This document shows positions 52,885 through 64,000 of a DNA stretch of 64,000 nucleotides, one piece after another. The stretch is from Anthoceros angustus. Lineage: Eukaryota; Plantae; Anthocerotophyta. Location of the stretch: assembly GCA_010909165.1 (NCBI GenBank), contig VJWM01000135.1:496001-560000 (forward strand), given 5' to 3'. The notes under the pieces are model-generated. The model was not told the origin of the DNA. It was given only the letters and a program-made list of their open reading frames with translations, and ran no database searches. The first letter of the stretch is position 1. The number at the start of each line of letters is the position of its first letter. The position numbers and the translations under genes are program-made.

Positions 52885-52985
52885 TCCAAGTGGCGTAGGC
52901 CGAATGGACACACACATAAACAAAGAACGTGGCTATTAAAGCGTTAAAAGCACTGCCTAGACGGGATGGATGCCCTTGGTGCCAA
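52885..52985 (-). mobile_element. Helitron-like 3' end remnant, copy 3
   Basis: The reverse complement reads GCACCAAGGGCATCCA..TGTGTGTCCATTCGGCCTACGCCACTTGGA, matching 32491-32603. Confidence 0.5.
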
Positions 52986-53369
52986 GGTTTGCAGGGGGCA
53001 TAAGGTTTATACTGCGTCCAATGAGGCCGCTATTGGGAGAAAAGCACCTCTTCAGGTGGCCGGACTGCGTGCTGTGGTTCGTGCACACGTGAGCATAGTC
53101 CACCACACGCGGTTAGGCCGATGTCGGGCTAGAGGGGTGTCATAGTAATAAGTCGCGCCATTAAGAGTATGGCCGTCCCTTTCGGCTTATTCGATGAATT
53201 ATGCAAGGGAATGGCTTGGTTTCGGGGGATGATTAGTAATCCTTCGGGCATGTTAAAGAAGAAGAACAATTTTATTTCAATTAACTACGAATGAATTTTT
53301 GTGATGGACTTGGTACGTAAAGTCGCCACCTCGATAGGAGGCTCGACCCACTCGCCCTATCTGGAGCGG

Positions 53370-53772
53370 ACAAGTGTAGTTAGAAATACAGACCGCGTTG
53401 GTTATGGTTAGCTTAGCTTAACTCAACGTGGTCATACCCTTTGGTATCTAGTACCGAAGAGGTACAACTCTTCAGACACAGGCTATAAAAGCCCACCTCT
53501 TGTAATTAGACACAGGCTATAAAAGCTCACCTTTTGTAATCAATTGTATCAATTAGTAACGCTTCCGCAAAGCACTTCAAACTTGGTATCAGAACATAGT
53601 TTAATTACTAAGTCCACCATGCATTATGATGTGAATCTAGATTATATCAATTAGTAAAGCACTAAACTTTGATCAAACGCTTCCGCAAAGCACCTCAAAC
53701 TTGGTATCAAACTTGGTATAAGAGCAACGTTTGATTACTAAGTCCACCATGCATTATGATGTGAATCTAGAT
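53370..53772 (+). mobile_element. LTR remnant with tRNA-iMet primer-binding site, locally duplicated
   Basis: GGCTATAAAAG TATA-like motif x2. ..CA-AACT-TGGTATCAGA at 53584 and TGGTATAAGAGC at 53714. A ~95 bp segment is duplicated. Confidence 0.65.
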
Positions 53773-53945
53773 GTTCTTTTAATATGCAACGTCTTTGTAA
53801 TGCCTTTGGTATTTGTTTTATGTTATTATTTTATACTTATTCATAGATCCTTTTATATTCAACAAACATATTTTACTAATAAAATAGTTTGGCTTCTTCT
53901 ATGATTAACTTTTATATTCATTAAAGTTTCATGTCTCATTACCGC

Positions 53946-56900
53946 TCATACTTCATCTTGTTCTTCCAACGCTTCTAGCACTCTTATCATTCTCTCTTGC
54001 TCAAAACTTTGTTTCTTTATCATTTCATTCAAAGTTATAACATGGCAAGAAGACACAATTACAAGAGTAATCAAGCTAAGAGAAGCGGAGAACCAGAAAG
54101 GAGAAGGAGAAGTAGACGAAGTGTGCACCCTCGACGATCCTAATATCATAACAGGCTGAATTCTTCTTTGTTTAATACCCTAGGGAGTAAGATAGCCTAC
54201 GTACTATCCCGTTTCTTCCTGGAAAACGACTTTGTGTTATCTTTCACAAGAGCAATTTCAAGCAATCTAAGAATTCATCGTCACAATGTTCTAACCAGTC
54301 GGATCATCATCATACTATATCATCTGCTAAGAAATGTGATTATGCTGAAGGACCGAATCAATCACCTTCATCACCAGTTCCTCAACAAAATTCTTAACAG
54401 ATTTAGCAAGTCAATCTTCCTCATTCCTCACATCTGCTACAACAGGAAAAGCTTGCTATCAGAAGTACTCCTTCTGCATCAAATGCTATTACTATTCAGC
54501 TATCACACTCGTCAACTTCCTATGCATAAATTCAAGCAGAAATTTCAACCACTGCAGATTTCCTCTCGCATTTCAGGAAAAGCTGATCATGTCTCAACAC
54601 AGGAGATTCCACTAGGTAGGGCGCCCTCTCTTAGCACCCCTTCTGATCCCATGGCGCTGAGATTTGAGCAGGCACATGCTGAGATTTCAGCAGGCAAATC
54701 TAGAGCGACCAGAGTCTTTCAGGAGGTGTCGACAGGCGACGACTCATCCGCCGGCTGCGAAACTTTGGCAGCAAGTGCGCCTTCTCCTGGCGCTCCTTTT
54801 GATCCCCTGGTGTCCAGATTTGAGCAGGCACAGACTCCGATTTCAGCACACAATGCCGGAGCGTCCAGAAACTTTGAGGAGACGCCGTATGTCGCTGGAG
54901 CATGCCAGAAGAAGAAAGATAAAATTCATTGTTTTACTCATTTAGGTCAAGTCCAACATATGATGGGTCTAGGTACAATTGGTTACAACCAGAACAGGTG
55001 GGTAAAAAATAAAACTAGAAGGTTATGAACAGAACTTGAAGCTAGCAAACATAATTAGTGGGTAGAAAATAAGAGGTATGAAATATTCACCCAGTGGCTT
55101 ACCCAGTGAGGAGCTCCAACTGCCCTAATCTGATTTAAAGAACACAAGGTTAAGAAACTTGCATGCCGATCTAGATTTACGTTCAAAAATGAGAAGAAAA
55201 TCATTCCTCCATAAAATACGTAGATAAGCATGAAAATCAAATAACGAATTATTAAAAATAACGAATTACCGACTAGAGGCTGATTACCAAAGATAATCAA
55301 CTTAGACAATAATCTAAATGAAAACAATCAACAAAATAACATACCATTAGCATAAGACAAACCACACAGATCTCACTAAGAGCCTCGATCGGCAAAACAA
55401 TTGGAAAGTTTAAGAAATTAGGAAGAGAACACACTAACCGTACTTATGCCCGAAGTTAATTGTACAGTTCTGGATAGTAACTCCACCAGAAAATATGTGG
55501 ATAAGAAGTGTTGAGAATCTTTCCAATAGAACCATCATCATGACTAGCCAACATCTAGTGAAGTTCTGGGCTATTCAAAAATGATTCATCATCCTGAAAT
55601 ACATCCTTCAAATCTCTAGCACCTCCAGCAACATCCTTTGCACTATCTCTGACTTGGAGAGCCTTTGCTCATGTCTGCAAATAAAGTAAATTTATTAATA
55701 CACATAACAAACAAACACAAACATAATTAATTTAATCTTACTTACGTACTGCTGCCACGCTAGTAATAAATTAGACGGACTTTTGATCTGTACTGCATCC
55801 ATCCTCGATTTCGCCTTTTCTTCATCTCTGACTTGAAGAGTTGTTGCACATGTCTGCACACAAAGTAAATTTATCAGTATAAAATAATAAACCCAACACA
55901 AACAAAATTAATTTAACCTTACTTACAAATTGCTGCCCCGGTAGTGACAATTTGGGTGGCCAGACTTGGTTGTTAAGTTCAGAACACTTCAACTTCTTTA
56001 CTGCATCCATCCTCCTTTTGGCCTCCTCTTCTTTCCACTTACGCTTGAGTGCTTTAATATGCTCCCTTTGCAATTTCAGCTGGTCGCCTTTCTGCTCTTT
56101 CAGCTGCTGCAACTTTTGCTCTTTAATTCTCCTTTCCTCACTCTTGCATTATATCTCCAATGCTCTTTCGTTGATTTTCTAACTTTTTATTCGAAATTTT
56201 AGGAAAATCTTTATATTCTCCAGGTGCCACACTTCGAATAGCAGCAGCTTGTTGCGCTTCCTTTGTGTGGTCAGACCTAAAACATATAAGAACTCACAGG
56301 CAAAAAAAATAATACATTAGCAACATAAGTTACCTGTAAAACCTTGCATTCGTTTTATATCATATGACAGTTGTACTTGCAGAAGAGGGCACCCGTGCAA
56401 GTTGCAACATGGTAATCATTGTAATCCTAGAACTCTTGTTTGTGTAATGCCCTTTTAGCCCAATTACATCTGTCATGCTCTTCATGAACTTCGAAAGCAT
56501 TCCCTTGGACACGCGCCCTTTAGCATACCATATGGGCCTACCAAAAGCCATTATGAGCAATTGTATACAGCCACAAGTTAAACAGACATTACGAAACATA
56601 AACATTGAGAAAGATAAACTTACATGGTCTCTGTGGTTGTCAATGGGAGAGTTGAGCAAAAATCCTTGAATATCTTTCTTCTTGTCTTGATCTGTCCAAA
56701 CAAAAGAATGGCCAATTACTTCTTTGAAGGTCTGGACAACATCGCCCTCGTGGACCTTGACAGGGAGCCTAAAGTGTTCAGCTCGATAGTTTCACATGTG
56801 AACTTTGTAGTTCTTGTTAAGCCTTTATGTGTACCTAGCACAATAAATGGTAGCTAGCACAAATTACACACATAACAGTAAACAACAAACAAAATATTAA

Positions 56901-57220
56901 TATTACTTATACCACAAAAACTCCAGCTGAATCTTTGTAAAAGATAAAGTTATCAATCTTCAAATTGTACAACTCCTCCCCTCCCCGGACCCCAAACCTG
57001 GACATGAAGTAGTAGGCACACCTGCAAGGAATACATGTTAGCCCTTTGAGTAACTTGATAGTAATCAAGAGAAGAACATGATAGGCAAAAAGAACCTTAC
57101 CTTTTCTAAGATCCTCTTGGAAAGCTAATCTGATGGTACGGGTGGCTGAGAGTCAGCAGTTCCTTATCATCTGTGATGAGTTTTGTCTCCTTCCTGGTGG
57201 AGATTATACCAAGACCTCCT
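53946..57220 (-). pseudogene. Spliced Crypton-like (DUF3504-type) tyrosine recombinase pseudogene
   Basis: GLG...K..ITDDKE..HPY..PRGS*KR|CAYYFMSRFGVRGGEELYNL..|YT*RLNKNYK..|WYAKGRVSKGMLSKFMK..HYTNKSSRITMITML..VI*YK..FYR|SD, with GT-AG introns and in-frame stops. Degenerate downstream exons run to ~53946. Confidence 0.8.
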
Positions 57221-57224
57221 TTGG

Positions 57225-57770
57225 GATTTCAGTGGTGGAAATTCTCTTCCCCCCATTCGTCCTCTCGAGGAGAGCGATTCCTGACCATAGAATACTTGGG
57301 ATTCAGTCGGTATTGTTTGATCCTTACAGGAGTGCTGCCCTCTTTCAGATCGATTCGATGAATCCCTAGTTCTTCCGGAATTCTTGTCATGTCAGGATGA
57401 TTTCAAAAGGATGCCAAGCATCCTCAAGCTCTTGGCTGGTCAAGAGCCCCTCCGTTTCCCACAAGTGCACCAAATAGGTGCTAAGACAACACGGCCTCGC
57501 TCCTCCTTCATCCACCGTGTTGGGCCTAAGAAGCTTCTCCCTGTGATGGATGTAGGCCTCATACATAATGGTCCCCCAATGTGGCTTGGCCCCTCGGGTG
57601 ACCTTCCACAAGAATTGCAGGAAATTGGTGCTGAAGTAAGAGGTACGCTGATAATTCACCAACCCCAAGACAATCTAGGCAAAGAGCCTCCACTTCAACT
57701 CCTTGATGCTATCCGTCTTCCATCCGTTCTTGGTGTGGGCCTTCATCCCTCCGTCCATCAAATTCCAAGA
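57225..57770 (-). mobile_element. Ty3/gypsy fragments
   Basis: RIPEELGIHRIDLKEGSTPVRIKQYRLNPKYS is the pre-RT region of gypsy pol. It is joined to an unrelated frame (PHWGTIMY..LSTYLVHLW). Confidence 0.7.
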
Positions 57771-60329
57771 TGATTATTCCAATACCTATACGGGGTATTC
57801 AACGTATTTCAATTGTATATTTTTTGTACCATATTTTTGGGTACTAATATTTGCAATGCGTTCATCCGGCTGCTTACTATTTTACGTGTAGCTTTGTCCC
57901 CTATATTCTGTATAGTATCTTCTACATTAACCGTGTATCATGCGTTTGTATACGTCATCCTTATGACGTTCATATATGTGCAAACCCTTAAAGTCAAAAA
58001 ATATGATATATCCATATTTTAATGCTCGATACAGATGCCGGTTCATCCGACCATCCACAATTGCATTCTAGCATGCTCCTTTTCGCCGCTGCGAGAGTGA
58101 AGTAGGGGCTGTGGTGCTGATTATCCTCATTCTTGGCCGATGCACGGTACATACAATGCCTACTGTACATAAAAGGTAACTGCTGGAAACTCTCGGCCTT
58201 CTGCACTGCTTGTGATTGGCCTTTCTCTTCCTCTTCCGTTCTGCAGCCATTTTCCTGCTGTCATGTGCGTGCATTTCTCCTTGCATGGTGTTGGAATAAT
58301 CCTGCAATCACAGCCATGCACATGCCGTACGGATGGCCTTTGGTCTGTAAGCAGAGAGAAATCGCTAGCTGGACAATTGCAATTTGCACGCTCACCTTGG
58401 CAGCCTTGTCTCTAATTTGTTTCCGCCCATTCCCTACCAACGGTTCCGTGCTTGTCAACGTCCTCTCCGCCAGTGCAACCCTCAACCGTGTTATCCATGT
58501 TCCCCCATCCGGCTCTCCAGGCCTTGTACTGGCTTTCCTAGCCTCTTTCGGCCTCCTCCCTTCTCCATAACTTATGTCACCTCTGCTAGATCCGCATCGC
58601 TATAATGTAGGTCCATGCTTTCGGCCTAAGACTCCGCCAGGTATGTGTCCGATACAAAATCCGGCGTCTTGCAATTTGAGCAATAAAGCATGTTGCAATT
58701 TGAAATTGTAACAAAAATTGCAACAATAACTGTAACATAGGTTTCCTTTTCTAGTAGGGCTCCTTGTACCATGAAGAACCACCCCTAGAACGGCGAAGAC
58801 ACCACCGAGGGAGAAAGAGAAACAAAGTCCACGGCGCCTCATCCCCGGGATCGAGCACGAGGCGGTGGGAAGCCGATAGGCAAGGCGAATGTTGTCATGA
58901 AGGCTCCTTGAGAGACACAGAAAGAGGAGGGGTCCCGGAAAATGCGCTTCGTACAAAGTGAGCAGGTGATCCGACTGCAAGCGCAACCAGTGCCAGGATT
59001 CTGGAGGTGGCACGAGGGGAGGAGCCAAATGTGAAGTCAAGTGGGCAACCGCACTGGAAGAAGTAAGTCTCTCCTGAGCCTCCCACGTGGTACGATCGAA
59101 GTCCTTTTGCTTGTGCCCAATATGACATTTCACCCCCTTAACCCTAAAGCAAAGCTAAGCGCAGATCGGGCAGGGAGTATCCTTGACTGTCCCATAAGAG
59201 ATGGACTACACCATTGGGGAGAGCCCAAAAAAACCAACAACAGGCAATGCAAAACTGTTGAGGACAGGCAGCAGAAGAGAATGTAGGATGTTAACAACCT
59301 ACGGACGACAACCCGTGGGTGTAAGGGTCAGGGAGACACCGAGGGCCAGGGACAAAAAAGTTCCCAACCTTTACCGGACATGCAAAGTGTGCACTCCGTA
59401 TGGTGAGCCCCAATAGACTCGCCAAAGGCCCCCCGCCCAGAGAGGCCGCAACCCACCAGAGCCCTCGACAACCCATCGCATAAACACACGCCCCCTTTAC
59501 TTTCTGGAACTCTAGAATCCCGATGGCTAACGGAACGTGACGGTGCCGTTGATCCGACTGCACTGACCTTGTCGGCCCGCCGCACTGTTTACGGGGCATC
59601 ACGCCACGCGGGAGGCCGGCAGGCAATGCGGAGACTGGCCAAGGCAGGCCGGGCCAGGCCCTTGCAGCCCGCCACACCCCCCCCTTCTGGCTTATGGCAC
59701 ACCGCGCTCCTCATCCGCGCTTTGTTTCAAACCATTGTGTACTTTTTTTATCACATCTACACCGGGTTTGAGATCAACCACTAATGGGGCTCAAGCTAGA
59801 GGACTGTCAGTCCGTGGTTGTTTACCCTGAAACTAGTATCTAGCGCCCCCAAGATGTCATATTCTAGGATAAGGAAGTGCCTACTCACCAGATTTGCCTG
59901 AGAATGCGGTTGAGGATGCTAGTCTGGTGCGGTTAGTGGTAGTAAGAAGTGTGGGGTAACTTTTGCTAGCGGACTAGCAGAGTGCACACTTATAACCCAT
60001 TGTTGATGTAGTACTGGGGTTTGTTCCACAAGAATGGACTCGTGCTTATTCTGCCCTAACTCCACCACTTGTCGCCTGAATGGACTTCATCATGTTGGGT
60101 TCGGCGAAAGCCTCGGAGCCAACGCGTGTGCCATACCAGTTACAAAGAGAGGGGTGCATTTTGTTGGGGAGTCTGTTAGATTGCTAACAATAGATCCATC
60201 TATCTTAAATGCTGTTGAAGAGTGCTTGCAGACAAGACATGTTTTCCAAGCAGAATCCTTGGAGTTGCAGCTAAATGGTCAAATATCTGATAATGGTGAG
60301 TTTGTTCTATGATTTGCCTATGTCGGAAG

Positions 60330-61400
60330 TGGTCCTTGATAATGAATGTTATGAAATGTATGAGGCGGACAGGGTACCTCACTCGAACGGTTGCTCCCTC
60401 CCCAATTTTTCTATCAAGTTTGGGGAAGTTCGATAAACATGTTATGCAGGCGTTTGGGGACATCATTGGGCCAGACACCTTCGAGTGAGGCGGTAAGTGT
60501 CCCTACCTATCGCCTTTGGGGACATTGGTCTGCTAGCCATGGAGACCTCAGCGCTGACAGCCTTCCTCTGGAGCTTGGCCCTCTCTGCCCCCGTCTTGGT
60601 TTCTTGGTTCTTAATCCGGGATTCCCCCATCTTGGAGGCCTTCGTCTAACTATAAGGTGTTGAAGAGGGGGCCTTCCCATTACAGATTCCCTTAAGGTTG
60701 GCTAGGGATTTCCTAGCCTTGGGCCAGTGCTTGCCTTTTTCCATGCTCTCGTGGGCCAGGCTGCGGTCTTGTGCCTCTATCCAAGAGAAGCAAATGGCAG
60801 TAGCAGCTCAGCTTTTAGCTTGGCTATGCATCCAAGCTTTTCGAATCGCACCAGCCTCTTTTTCTACCGCGATGAGGTTCCACTTGGGCTTGGTCCAGCC
60901 TTTGGCTTGTTCTCTATCATCTTGTAGTTGTGGGGCCCCCTGCGATGCCTCAAGTCCCACCTGGCTTGCTGTTCAGCTGGAGGGCAGCGTATTGCTAAGA
61001 TGCGTGCGGGTCCAAAAGTTTTATCTGCCTCTCACAATACCCTTACTATGTTTTTCGCCATTCGCGACCTCATGTTCTCGATGGCCAAGGAGAGTGGATT
61101 TCTTCCGCATAGGGAGCGCCCATATACGCTACGCAATGGCGTGTCGATCAGGGTGGATCCATTTCTGATAAGGGGGGATCAATTCTAATGTCGTTATAAC
61201 GGACCCTATCCAGGACACCGTTTGTGAGCACGTCATCATCAGCCCTCCGGATTGGGCGGCGAAGGGACGCGCGACATCCAAAGTACAGAAGTACACGCCT
61301 ATGTAGGACGACCACGCCTTCATCCCCTCGCCATTGAGACCCAGGGAGTTAGCCCTCCCTGGCCCTTGGCCCTTTAATGGGTTGTTCCCCATCGACTTAG
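60330..61400 (+). mobile_element. 5'-truncated, decayed CRE-type non-LTR retrotransposon (RT thumb, Zn knuckle, restriction-like endonuclease)
   Basis: RTGYLTRT..P..FD..VSLPIAFGDIGL..AFL.S; ARLRSCA..AWL..F..AMRF.LGL; CSCG..CD..HL.CC..GGQRIA..IRD; E....RVD..VVITDP..AAK..K.QKY..FIP.AIETQG. Confidence 0.8.
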
Positions 61401-61555
61401 GGTAGATGAGTTTTCCCATCTCTTCTCTGTACAAAGTCTCCACTTTCAAGTTGGAAAAGGGGGAAAATATGCTAGTGTCTTTTTTTTTTTCCCCCTTAAG
61501 GTTTGGAATAATGTAGTGTAGTAATGGGTACGCGAGCGTTTGAAATGCATATCGG

Positions 61556-61620
61556 ATATTACGTGGGCCGAAGGAGCTAGGTTTGAGGAGTTGGTGAGGC
61601 AAGGAGGAAATGACGTGGTA
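61556..61620 (+). promoter_or_regulatory. Two ACGT-core elements upstream of the bZIP gene
   Basis: TTACGTGG at ~61559 and TGACGTGG at ~61611. Confidence 0.35.
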
Positions 61621-61955
61621 GAGACGGGCTCCACCTCACCTCTCGGGGTCTCCCAAAACCGCAGGGGCTGATAGGTATTTGCATTTGCCCGAGACCGGCC
61701 AAAATGACTCTGCGCGTCAGTGGAGCACACTAAGGCAAGGTGGCTTGGCTTTTGGTCTCGTAATTAGATATGTCTGCGCAGCAAGAGCAAGAGCTGGGCT
61801 GGCCCGATGCCCGTGCGATGTGCGTCTCTCTTCTGACCTGATTCCGGCTGCCTGTTCAGTGGTGGGCGTAGCAATCGCATCACCAGCATGGCGGTCTCTA
61901 GCTTGCGCCCGCAATTCCTCTGATACCCCGCAATTCTTTCTCCGATCAGCCAGCA

Positions 61956-64000
61956 ATGGGCACTGGAGAAATTGGGACACCTACTAAAGCTGCTAAGGTA
62001 CCCGGCGAGCTCCTCCGCTGCCTTCCCCGGATCACCCGCCTTGCTTCCCCCTTGCGACTGGCCTGGCATGTCCAATGCCTGCGAGCCGTTGGGTTCCCTT
62101 CTTGGAATTTATGTGCTGGCTGCAAATAATGCGTTTCTAGCTTTGCAGGACTCGGCCGCTGTGGCGGCTCCTCCAGCAGCAGCAGCAGCAGCCGCCCCCT
62201 CTTATCCAGAATGGGCCGCAGCGTTTCAGGTCATGCTCGGATCTTCCAGACGCTCTTGGAACTGGGTTTGGAATGCTCTGCTGACGCGTTTAGGGTGTCT
62301 TGGCTGTGGTGCAGGCGTATTACAGTTCTGGTGGGCAACCTCCACCAGGCTACTTTCCCCCTTCTGTCGCCTCCGGCCCTCAGCCTCACCCTTACATGTG
62401 GGGTGGTTCGGTGAGTTTGGAGCTCAGCCGGCTGCCGGAGTTTTGTTGTGGTTAACATTTTTACCTGGAATCTCACGCTTGTGATCCATGCTCAGATGTT
62501 ACCTCCGTATGGAACACCTCCTCCTCCTCCCTACGGTGCTATGTATCCGCATGGAGGAATGTACGCCCATCCTTCTATGCCACAGGTAAATGTGATGTGT
62601 CAGGCTTGTAGTCGAGTTGGCTGGGATGCCCGTGCCATACATGGTTGCTTGAGGTGCCTGTGGTTTGGATCAGGGTGCTCATCCCTACACCCAGTACGGA
62701 ATGCCATCACCTGGTGGACCAGAAGCCACTGCGGTATGTTTGTTTAGCCTCTTACATCTCGTCAGTGGGGGAGCCTACTCTGCTGCTGTTTTCATCTCTC
62801 TTGTTTGGAATCTGCGGGTATGGATTGACATACTTAGGGTTGGTGTCTGTATCCAGCCTCAAACAGCAGGAACAGAGGCTGACGTCAAGACTGAAGGAAA
62901 AGAGAAGAATCTTCTGAAGCGGTCTAAAGGAAGTTTAGGGAGTCTTGGAATGGGTTCTGGAAAAGGAAGTGAGAGTGCAAAAGGAAATTCAGCTAATGAG
63001 GTTTTCTCGCAAAGGTAGTTGTTGGCTGCTGCTTCAGTGTGTGATTGTGAGTGGAGCTCATGGCAGTTGTTATCCTCATCTTACATTTTCTTGGAGCATT
63101 TTGAAAGTCTCAGTGCAGGATTGCACTTTTTTCCAGTGCAGCAAGGGGAGTTGACCTCCAGTGAGAATGATAGCTGTACTTGTGTGTCTCCAGTGGTGAG
63201 AGTGGCAGTGATGGCTCAAGCGACGGAAGCGAGGAGGACAGTACGCCCAATGTAAAGTTTAAAACCTTGTCCCTGTGCAAGTTTGACCTTTCGCTTTATG
63301 TTGTTTGAGTAGCACGTTTACAGGTCGTGAGCAGCTAAACTGGGGCGTGCTGCTGCGCAGATGCTTCGGAAACGAAGTTTTGAGCAGATGACAATGGAAG
63401 GTGAGGCTCAAAGACCCACCTGTATGCAAGTGGGTTTATAATCTCACATGGTCTAGGCGTCTGGGTGCAATATCATATGGTCTAGTCTGTTGTCTGGTTG
63501 GTTGGGGCTGTAGAGTCCTCCACAGCATGGGAGTTTGCAGTTTGATCTTACCGAAGGTTTGACAGGAGTGGGAGTAGGAGGTTCTAGTATGCCTGCATAT
63601 AATTCACAACCTGGAGGTTCATATGTAAGTCCTGGCGTTCCAGCTGCGGGGACCACGTCAGGCCAAAATGTTGCTCCCCCCCACCTCGTGGGAAAGCCAG
63701 CTCCAGGTGGACCAACAACCAGTCTAGGTATAGGCATGGGAGGAATGGATTACTGGAGTGGATCGGCACCTGGAATGGCTGCTGGCAAGAACAAGCGGAA
63801 TCCAGGAAGCTCTGCCGGTGGAATTGTCCCAGGAACTCCAGGTACTCCACTGATGGGTGCCAATCGGGATGGAGTCCCTGCTGAGTTATGGTTGCAGGTA
63901 TACAATCGTCCCTCCTTTCACTTGTGACTCAAGCTCCGCCTTTGCTTAGCCCAGTCGACGAAGAGCTCGGGTTTCCTGCATTATCCCTCATTGCTATGTG
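61956..64000 (+). CDS. GBF: G-group bZIP (G-box binding factor, MFMR N-terminus), 3' end beyond window
   Basis: MGTGE..|YPEWAAAFQ|AYY..PHPYMWG|..MLPPYGTPPPPYGAMYPHGGMYAHPSMP..KRSKGSLGSL..SGESGSDGSSDGS..TTSLGIGM..DYW..ELWLQ. Confidence 0.92.

Noticed and set aside
54168-55028. 286 aa plus-strand ORF
   Set aside because: Non-ATG start, and antisense to degenerate exons of the Crypton-like gene.
57800-60320. Short ORFs, including 58600-59133
   Set aside because: Probably TE debris, but I recognised no motif, so the region is left unannotated.

Overview
This is nuclear DNA of a non-seed land plant. The compact genes with mostly ~80-150 bp GT-AG introns are most like a hornwort or other bryophyte (inference). 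The window has three parts. (1) 1-27.4 kb is one GC-rich block full of tandem duplications and frameshifts. I read it as the right part of a giant IS3EU-type DNA transposon: an intron-containing DDE transposase next to a ...CCATA terminus, plus degenerate cargo frames resembling a HECT E3 ligase and a SET domain, separated by CATG-rich repeat modules in inverted orientation. (2) 27.8-52.4 kb holds intact housekeeping genes: an intronless LACS, mitochondrial ATP synthase FAd/MGP1 (missed by the ORF track), TOP1, thioredoxin y, an At4g38225-like plastid protein, a GT34 glycosyltransferase, a DUF1992 protein and PAF1. (3) 52.9-61.5 kb is a cluster of decayed transposons (LTR+PBS remnant, spliced Crypton-like tyrosine recombinase pseudogene, Ty3/gypsy fragments, CRE-type non-LTR element), followed by the 5' part of a G-group bZIP gene. 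All protein calls come from manual translation and remembered motifs, not database searches. Calls within 1-27 kb required stitching across frameshifts, which may partly be long-read assembly errors.
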